The position numbers and the translations under genes are program-made. The notes beneath the pieces are model-generated. The model saw nothing but the letters and a program-made list of their open reading frames with translations, did not search any database and had not been told where the DNA came from. 64,000 nt of DNA from Chitinophagales bacterium. Its GTDB lineage: Bacteria > Bacteroidota > Bacteroidia > Chitinophagales > Saprospiraceae. How positions within the stretch are numbered: position 1 is the first letter of the stretch; each line of letters begins with the position of its first letter. Shown in pieces: positions 58,389-64,000 of this stretch. The stretch is taken from NCBI GenBank assembly GCA_038226035.1, contig JBBRQS010000003.1:61351-125350 (forward strand). The letters run 5' to 3'.

Positions 58389-58434
58389 CAAAAAAACGCG
58401 CAAAGAAAAATAATTTCTCTGCGCGCTTTTTTTG
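58389..58434. terminator. hairpin/terminator after ftsZ, copy 2 of the second duplicated sequence
   Basis: aaaaaaacgcgcaaagaaaa ataatt tctctgcgcgcttttttt. Confidence 0.7.
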
Positions 58435-58474
58435 TTATTCAAAGTCAATTGTCTAAAGTCCAGAGTCCAATTCC

Positions 58475-59920
58475 TCAATCCACATTATCGTGCAAAAAAG
58501 AATTACCGTTGGTACGGAGCTCATTATTTTCGTCCATCGCCCAATTTGAATTTTGTTGTTCAGATGAATGTTGCACGGCATCTAATTTTACACCGCGACG
58601 CAAATACGCCGGTTCGTTTTCCAATTCTATAATCGTTTGCGGATTATTCAATTTTGTATTGTTAGTCGAGGCGCGCAAACGCTCGCGACGTGCGTTTTCT
58701 TGCGTAGTGCGGCGGCGGCGATCTTCGTCGAGTTGCTCACTTATTTCCGGCTTTTCGGTAAAATGATTGTGTTGTTTCGGCTCCGAAATCTTATTTTTAG
58801 GCAAGCGGTTAGATTCAAATTCTATCACGTTTTTGCTATCATTGAACTCAGAGCCGAGACCGAAAAAATCGTTTTTCTTCGGGGTTTCTTTACGAACGTG
58901 TTTTTCGTCGTCGAGTGAAACAATTATTTTACCGTCCGTTTTCGGTTCAGCGTGCGGATTTTGTGTATGACTTTCAAAACCGGTAGCTATAATCGTAACG
59001 GCTAATTTATCGCCGAGTGTATCATCGTAACAATTACCCCAAATTAAGTTGGCATTTTCACCGGCTTCTTCCTGCACAAATTCGGTGATGGAAAAAATTT
59101 CATCCATCGTTACCTCTTTCGTACCGCTCGTAATATTAAGTAGAATTTGTTTCGCTCTTTGGATATTATTTTCTTCGAGCAACGGCGAAGAAAGTGCCGC
59201 ATCTGCTGCTTTCAAGGCGCGATTATCGCCTTCAGCGATACCGATACCCATGATAGCAACACCGGAACCGCGCATAACGGTACTCACGTCTTCAAAATCC
59301 ACGTTCACGTGACCCGGCACCGTAATTATTTCTGCAATACCTTTTGCGGCAGTTGTCAGAATGTTATCTGCTTGCGCAAAAGCGTTGGTCACGGATAAAT
59401 TACCGAAAATCTGACGCAATTTGTCATTGGAAATAACGATAATAGTGTCCACATTTTTTTTCAAGTCATCTAAGCCTTCATAACCTTGGGTCACCCGTTT
59501 ACGTCCTTCAAAAGTAAAAGGTAACGTAATGATAGCCACGGTGAGAATGCCCATTTCCTGCGCGGTTTTGGCAATTATCGGAGCGGCTCCTGTACCCGTT
59601 CCGCCACCCATACCGGCTGTTATAAACAACATTCGTGTGTCGGTGAGGTAATTTTTTATTTCTTCGATACTTTCCAAGCACGCTTGTTTACCGCGTTGCG
59701 GTTGAGACCCGGCACCTAAACCTTTCGATATTTCTTTACCGAGTTGAATGCGCACGGGTACCGGACTGAGTGCCATGGATTGAATATCGGTATTGCAAAT
59801 TGCGAAATCAACGCCGACGATACCTTGTTTATACATATGTGTGACGGCATTTGAGCCGCCACCGCCGACACCGATTACTTTTATGATGGACGAATCGTCT
59901 TGTTTAAAATTAAAAACCAT
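58475..59920 (-). CDS. ftsZ: cell division GTPase FtsZ
   Basis: [27 protein letters not shown] tubulin signature, long disordered C-terminal linker. Confidence 0.95.
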   Translation of the reverse strand: MVFNFKQDDSSIIKVIGVGGGGSNAVTHMYKQGIVGVDFAICNTDIQSMALSPVPVRIQLGKEISKGLGAGSQPQRGKQACLESIEEIKNYLTDTRMLFITAGMGGGTGTGAAPIIAKTAQEMGILTVAIITLPFTFEGRKRVTQGYEGLDDLKKNVDTIIVISNDKLRQIFGNLSVTNAFAQADNILTTAAKGIAEIITVPGHVNVDFEDVSTVMRGSGVAIMGIGIAEGDNRALKAADAALSSPLLEENNIQRAKQILLNITSGTKEVTMDEIFSITEFVQEEAGENANLIWGNCYDDTLGDKLAVTIIATGFESHTQNPHAEPKTDGKIIVSLDDEKHVRKETPKKNDFFGLGSEFNDSKNVIEFESNRLPKNKISEPKQHNHFTEKPEISEQLDEDRRRRTTQENARRERLRASTNNTKLNNPQTIIELENEPAYLRRGVKLDAVQHSSEQQNSNWAMDENNELRTNGNSFLHDNVD

Positions 59921-60194
59921 GATCGTTACATTTTGGATATGAGAATTCTAACTCATAATGAATAATGTATGTTTGCTGTTTATTGAATGCCATGTGTGCC
60001 GTTACCGGCACGAAAAAAGTTTCGGTTATTGAAATCCTGTATAAGTTACTGCTCGTGATTGTTACTTTTAATGTTGTTTTGCGCTGTTTTATAAGATTGT
60101 CGGCGTTTTAAATTTCATACAGAAAAATTTTGCCGTATGAAATTTAAAATGCCGTTTCTATATTGCCGTTTTTTCTTTTACCGATCAAAATTTT

Positions 60195-61568
60195 TTATTT
60201 CAAGTCTACGTCAGGTTCGGCTTCAAACCACTCTTTGGTTTTTTTGAAAATACTTTCGAGCCATTTACCGCCGTTCGTATTGTTCAGTTTATCGTTACCG
60301 GACATCATAAAAGCTTCTTTTTGTTTATTATCAACTGTCGCATTTACTTCTGTTGCTTTTATTTCCGCTTTAGGCGTTTCTACGGGTGTTCTTTCCGCTT
60401 CGTGTACAATACCGTTCATCAATAAACCGATGGCGGTAGAGTAAATCGGGCTGGCAACTTGTTCCAGATAGCCGTGCCCGAGATGTTCTACCGGAAAACC
60501 TATGCGCGCACTCATGGCTGTATGAAATTCGCATAATTTTTCGATATCTTTCATCAAAGCTCCACCGCCGGTGAGTACGATACCCGCAATCAGTTTGCGT
60601 TCGTATCCGGAACGTCGAATTTCCCAGACGACATAATCGAAAATTTCTTCCATTCGGGCTTGTATAATACGCGAAAGATTTTTTTCGGAAATTTCTTTAT
60701 AGTCTCTGCCTTTAATGCCCGGAATCGTGATGATGCGATTATCGAAAACTTCATCCGATAAAGCGGAGCCGAATTTTACTTTCAATTGCTCTGCCTGATG
60801 TTGCATAACGGCGCAACCTTCTTTTATGTCTGACGTGATAACATTGCCGCCGAAAGGAATAACGGCTGTATGTCGAATGATGCCTTCGTAAAAAATTGTA
60901 ATATCCGTAGTTCCTCCACCTATATCTACTAAAGCTATGCCGGCTTCTTTTTCTTCGTCACTTAAAACGGCATGTGCGGACGCTATAGGCTCTAAAGTCA
61001 TTGATTCAACTTTCAAACCCGTGCGCTCGACGCATCTGTGTATATTATTGGTTGCGGAAATTTGTCCGGTAATGATATGGAAATTGGCTTCCAAACGCAC
61101 ACCGCTCATACCGATAGGATCTACGATACCTTGTTCGTTGTCTACGGTAAATTCTTGCGGAATGACGTGTAAAATTTTATCACCGGGCGGTAAAACCAAT
61201 TTGAACATATCGTTAATCAAACGTTGAATATCTTTTTGACTGATTTCAGTGTGATCGTTGTCGCGGGTAAGTATACCTCGATGCTGCAAACTTTTGATAT
61301 GCTGACCGGCAATACCGACATGAACGCGCGTGAATTTTGTTTTCGTCATACGCTCGGCTGCAGAAACGGCTTCGTAAATCGCATTTACCGTTTTTTCGAT
61401 ATTGGTAACCACGCCGCGCATAACGCCGACACTGTCTACTTTGCCTACACCGAGAATTTCCAGTTTGCCGTATTCGTTTTTGCGTCCCGCGAGCACGCAT
61501 ACTTTTGTGGTACCGATGTCCAAAGCTACAACAATGTCTGTTGAAGCAGACTTAACTACGTCATTCAT
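60195..61568 (-). CDS. ftsA: cell division protein FtsA
   Basis: Actin-fold motifs ALDIGTTKV, VDIGGGTTD, LTGGGA. Immediately upstream of ftsZ. Confidence 0.95.
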   Translation of the reverse strand: MNDVVKSASTDIVVALDIGTTKVCVLAGRKNEYGKLEILGVGKVDSVGVMRGVVTNIEKTVNAIYEAVSAAERMTKTKFTRVHVGIAGQHIKSLQHRGILTRDNDHTEISQKDIQRLINDMFKLVLPPGDKILHVIPQEFTVDNEQGIVDPIGMSGVRLEANFHIITGQISATNNIHRCVERTGLKVESMTLEPIASAHAVLSDEEKEAGIALVDIGGGTTDITIFYEGIIRHTAVIPFGGNVITSDIKEGCAVMQHQAEQLKVKFGSALSDEVFDNRIITIPGIKGRDYKEISEKNLSRIIQARMEEIFDYVVWEIRRSGYERKLIAGIVLTGGGALMKDIEKLCEFHTAMSARIGFPVEHLGHGYLEQVASPIYSTAIGLLMNGIVHEAERTPVETPKAEIKATEVNATVDNKQKEAFMMSGNDKLNNTNGGKWLESIFKKTKEWFEAEPDVDLK

Positions 61569-61816
61569 AGGTTAAAAAAATGGGCAATTAAAATACATTA
61601 ACTGCGCGTTAAAAATTATAGCGTCTCTTATTAAAATGCCAGAATGTGTCTTATCAAAGTATAAACGTGTTTCAAATAATTCGCAAAAAATGAAATTTAA
61701 AATCATTTTCACAAAATCATACCCACAAAAATATAAATAGTATTTGTTTAATCAAATTTTTCTTTGAATAAAAATGCAAAATGTGAAAAATAATTTAAAA
61801 ATAAATTAAAATTACC

Positions 61817-62620
61817 TTAACCGGCGCGTTTTTTACAGACAATTTGTCCTTTATATTTAACGGAAATGGTTGAATAGGTATTCCAACCTTCATAAGGAAG
61901 TGCTTCTCTGTAAAAAATTTTCAGGCGATTCATTTTATCATCGAGGTCGCCGACATCGCCGATGCGTATTTTTTGGTCGCCGAGTACCGGTATGAGTGTA
62001 AATTCGCCGCCGGCATCCACGCTGATTTGTTGGATCAACGGACGAAAAAAATTATCGTTTTCTAAGGTTTGCACTAAATAAAAAACGTTCCGAAGTATAT
62101 TGTTTTTTTTTAAAAAATCGGGGTCGTACAGCGATATATTACCGGTAATAATCGGCACTCGCGCCGAAAAATGTTTTGATAACGGCATCCGGAAGCCGGT
62201 TTTATCTAAATAATAATTTCCGCCGGCATTATCAATGATGCGGCAAATCGGTTCGCGTTGTTTAACGGTGACACTTAAATTGTTGAGGGCTGTGACGTAA
62301 ACTTGGGCTTTTTCTATAAACGGATCTTGATTCAGTATTTGTTCGATGTGCGCCACATTTAATCTGCCGACTCTTTCGTCTTTTATGTCGCCGTCCAATG
62401 CGTGTTTTAAAATCAACAGCACATCGGCGGAGTCTATGAAATCTTTGTTGCCGTTATCCAAATGCGTTATCTTAACTATTGTGTCGTTTATTTGCGACAC
62501 GTTTTTTTTGCGCGTCATCAGCAACGCCAGCATACCGATAACGACAATCGCCACCGTCCAAATCATTTTCGAACGATCAATTTTATAAACGGCTGAAGAA
62601 ATATTTTGCGTTGAAGTCAC
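61817..62620 (-). CDS. ftsQ: cell division protein FtsQ (POTRA domain)
   Basis: N-terminal TM anchor, POTRA-like region, position upstream of ftsA. Confidence 0.75.
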   Translation of the reverse strand: MTSTQNISSAVYKIDRSKMIWTVAIVVIGMLALLMTRKKNVSQINDTIVKITHLDNGNKDFIDSADVLLILKHALDGDIKDERVGRLNVAHIEQILNQDPFIEKAQVYVTALNNLSVTVKQREPICRIIDNAGGNYYLDKTGFRMPLSKHFSARVPIITGNISLYDPDFLKKNNILRNVFYLVQTLENDNFFRPLIQQISVDAGGEFTLIPVLGDQKIRIGDVGDLDDKMNRLKIFYREALPYEGWNTYSTISVKYKGQIVCKKRAG

Positions 62621-62796
62621 TTTAAAATTTTAATTGAATCTGCTTTTTTTTCTCATGTAAGTTTTTATGCTACAAAAATACTAAAAATATTTATATCGGT
62701 CGGAGAAAAAATAAAATTAAATAAATGCGCATCAAGAAAAATTATTTTTCGTGCAAGATTTTTTTTTATAAATAAAAATATGCGCAAGAAGTTTTT

Positions 62797-62913
62797 CGTA
62801 AATTTTTTTCGTAAATTTTTTTCGTAAATTTTTTTCGTAAATTTTTTTCGTAAATTTTTTTCGTAAATTTTTTTCGTAAATTTTTTTCGTAAATTTTTTT
62901 CGTAAATTTTTTT
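62797..62913. repeat. 13-nt tandem repeat (CGTAAATTTTTTT) x9
   Basis: Nine exact period-13 copies; the C of each unit falls at 62797, 62810, ... 62901. Confidence 0.9.
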
Positions 62914-62940
62914 AATTGTTGTGCTTTCGATTACCATTAA

Positions 62941-63747
62941 TTACTCTTCACAATATTCAAATGAAAAAACAGATTTAAAATGATTTTTCATTTTATTTTT
63001 TATTTCCTGCATATCCACCGGACGATTTAATTCAACGGCAAGCGAAGTCACGGATTTATCAGCCTCATCAATACCGCACGGAATAATATAATCGAAGTAA
63101 GATAAATCGGTGTTCGCGTTAAAAGCAAAACCGTGCATCGTTACCCAACGACTTAAATGTACGCCGATGGCGCAGATTTTTCGGAATCGGCGTTTCGGCG
63201 TTTCGGGATTTTCATCGACTATCCAAACGCCGGTGTAATCTTTTATGCGTATGCCGACCAAACCGTAATCCGAAAGTGTGCGAATGGCGACTTCTTCCAA
63301 ACTCCGGACGTATTTGTGTACGTCGGTAAAAAAACATTCCATATCAAAAATCGGATAACCCGTAATTTGTCCGGGACCATGAAACGTAATATCACCGCCT
63401 CTGTTTATCTTGAAAAACGTGGCGTTGCGTTGCGCAAGTTCCGTTTCGGTGTACAACAAATGCTCAATCGAACCGCTTTTACCGAGCGTGAATACGGGCG
63501 GGTGTTCGCAAAACCATAAATAATGGCGTTGTCGTGCTATGAGTTCTCGACGCTGTGCATCTGTTTTAATTTCGGGTTGCGTTGTGCGGATATTTTTTTT
63601 TCTCTCAATAACGGCGTTCAACAAAACAAACTGCTCTTCCCACGCTTCTGCATAAGGAACAAATACGCCGTCATCTCTGAAAGTAACGCGCGGCAAAATT
63701 ATTTCGGATTTCGGATTTCGGATTTCGGATTTCGGATATTCTGCCAT
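62941..63747 (-). CDS. lipB: lipoyl(octanoyl) transferase
   Basis: FCEHPPVFTLGKSG, RGGDITFHGPGQ and KICAIGV motifs. ATG at 63747 chosen. A TTG at 63696 would give a more canonical N-terminus. Confidence 0.85.
   Translation of the reverse strand: MAEYPKSEIRNPKSEIILPRVTFRDDGVFVPYAEAWEEQFVLLNAVIERKKNIRTTQPEIKTDAQRRELIARQRHYLWFCEHPPVFTLGKSGSIEHLLYTETELAQRNATFFKINRGGDITFHGPGQITGYPIFDMECFFTDVHKYVRSLEEVAIRTLSDYGLVGIRIKDYTGVWIVDENPETPKRRFRKICAIGVHLSRWVTMHGFAFNANTDLSYFDYIIPCGIDEADKSVTSLAVELNRPVDMQEIKNKMKNHFKSVFSFEYCEE
63701..63735. repeat. heptamer array (ATTTCGG)x5
   Basis: atttcggatttcggatttcggatttcggatttcgg, translated on the minus strand as SEIRNPKSEIRNPK inside the long lipB ORF. Confidence 0.9.
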
Positions 63748-63777
63748 TTCCGAATTTAAATTATTCATAAACTTATT

Positions 63778-64000
63778 TTAAAAAAATTTCATCTCTTGTG
63801 TTTCATATTTCATGATTCTCATTTGCGAAGCTGCTTCATACATTGCCACTGCTAAGGCTGTTGCCACATTCATAGACAAACAATAGCCGACGGAAGCGAT
63901 ATGCAAACATTCATCTGCCTCATTCAAAACCTCTTGAGTAATACCTTTTTCTTCGGAACCGACGACGAAAGCGATTTTTTCGTGTAACAAAAAATTATAG
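63778..64000 (-). CDS. SpoU/TrmH-family RNA 2'-O-methyltransferase, C-terminal part (5' end outside window)
   Basis: Frame open to the window edge. AFVVGSEEKGITQEVL....HI......SMNVATALAVAMYE is the SPOUT motif 2/3 region. Confidence 0.6.
   Translation of the reverse strand, partial: YNFLLHEKIAFVVGSEEKGITQEVLNEADECLHIASVGYCLSMNVATALAVAMYEAASQMRIMKYETQEMKFF

Noticed and set aside
55449-58434. Classical integron
   Set aside because: There is no IntI-type integrase in the window, and I could not find R'/R'' core sites in hairpins A/B. I retained only the weaker 'cassette-like' description as a finding.
58432-59398. Several plus-strand ORFs (58432-58632, 58449-58766, 58637-58918, 58767-58970, 59049-59312, 59147-59398)
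   Set aside because: Nearly all of this DNA is antisense to ftsZ; only the first ~40 nt (58432-58474) lie in the spacer downstream of ftsZ. None shows a coding signal of its own.
62665-62937. 90-aa minus-strand ORF (KKIYEKNLRKKFT repeated)
   Set aside because: It is purely the 13-nt tandem repeat read in frame (3 units = 13 codons). It has no independent coding signal.

Overview
AT-rich chromosomal segment whose gene content points to Bacteroidota: a T9SS type-B sorting domain, DUF1573 proteins, a CarboxypepD_reg-type TonB receptor and a PDDEXK_2/Rpn-like remnant. Most of the window is housekeeping: coaX, tatC, rfbA, rlmN, two tRNA-Arg, pullulanase, trhO, murQ, a 2-oxoacid dehydrogenase E2, recR, ftsQ-ftsA-ftsZ and lipB. 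It also carries envelope proteins and an ECF sigma/anti-sigma pair. Four things stand out. (1) Two convergent caspase-fold (peptidase C14) genes at 1464-4631. One is an exported MORN-caspase. The other is a caspase - TM helix - FGE-sulfatase-fold fusion whose FGE module looks non-catalytic. No known partner gene is nearby, and this is my best candidate for an undescribed system. (2) A small defence/TA islet between the OMP paralogs and ftsZ (55.4-58.4 kb). It holds an orphan 88-aa gene, an Rpn-like remnant, a truncated DUF262 gene and a HEPN/MNT pair, and its modules are bracketed by duplicated hairpin sequences in a cassette-like way. A lone AIPR abortive-infection gene also sits beside the tRNA-Arg pair. 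(3) An unusual non-coding repeat landscape. Inverted arrays of tandem heptamers abut or supply stop codons and run in frame into coaX, lipB and pullulanase. There are also two 13-mer tandem arrays upstream of operons, MITE-like elements with shared termini, and other long palindromes. (4) A 1.17-kb ORF-free region with orphan terminators next to an uncharacterised 570-aa helical-repeat + OB-like protein. All domain calls come from motif recognition by eye; no searches were run.
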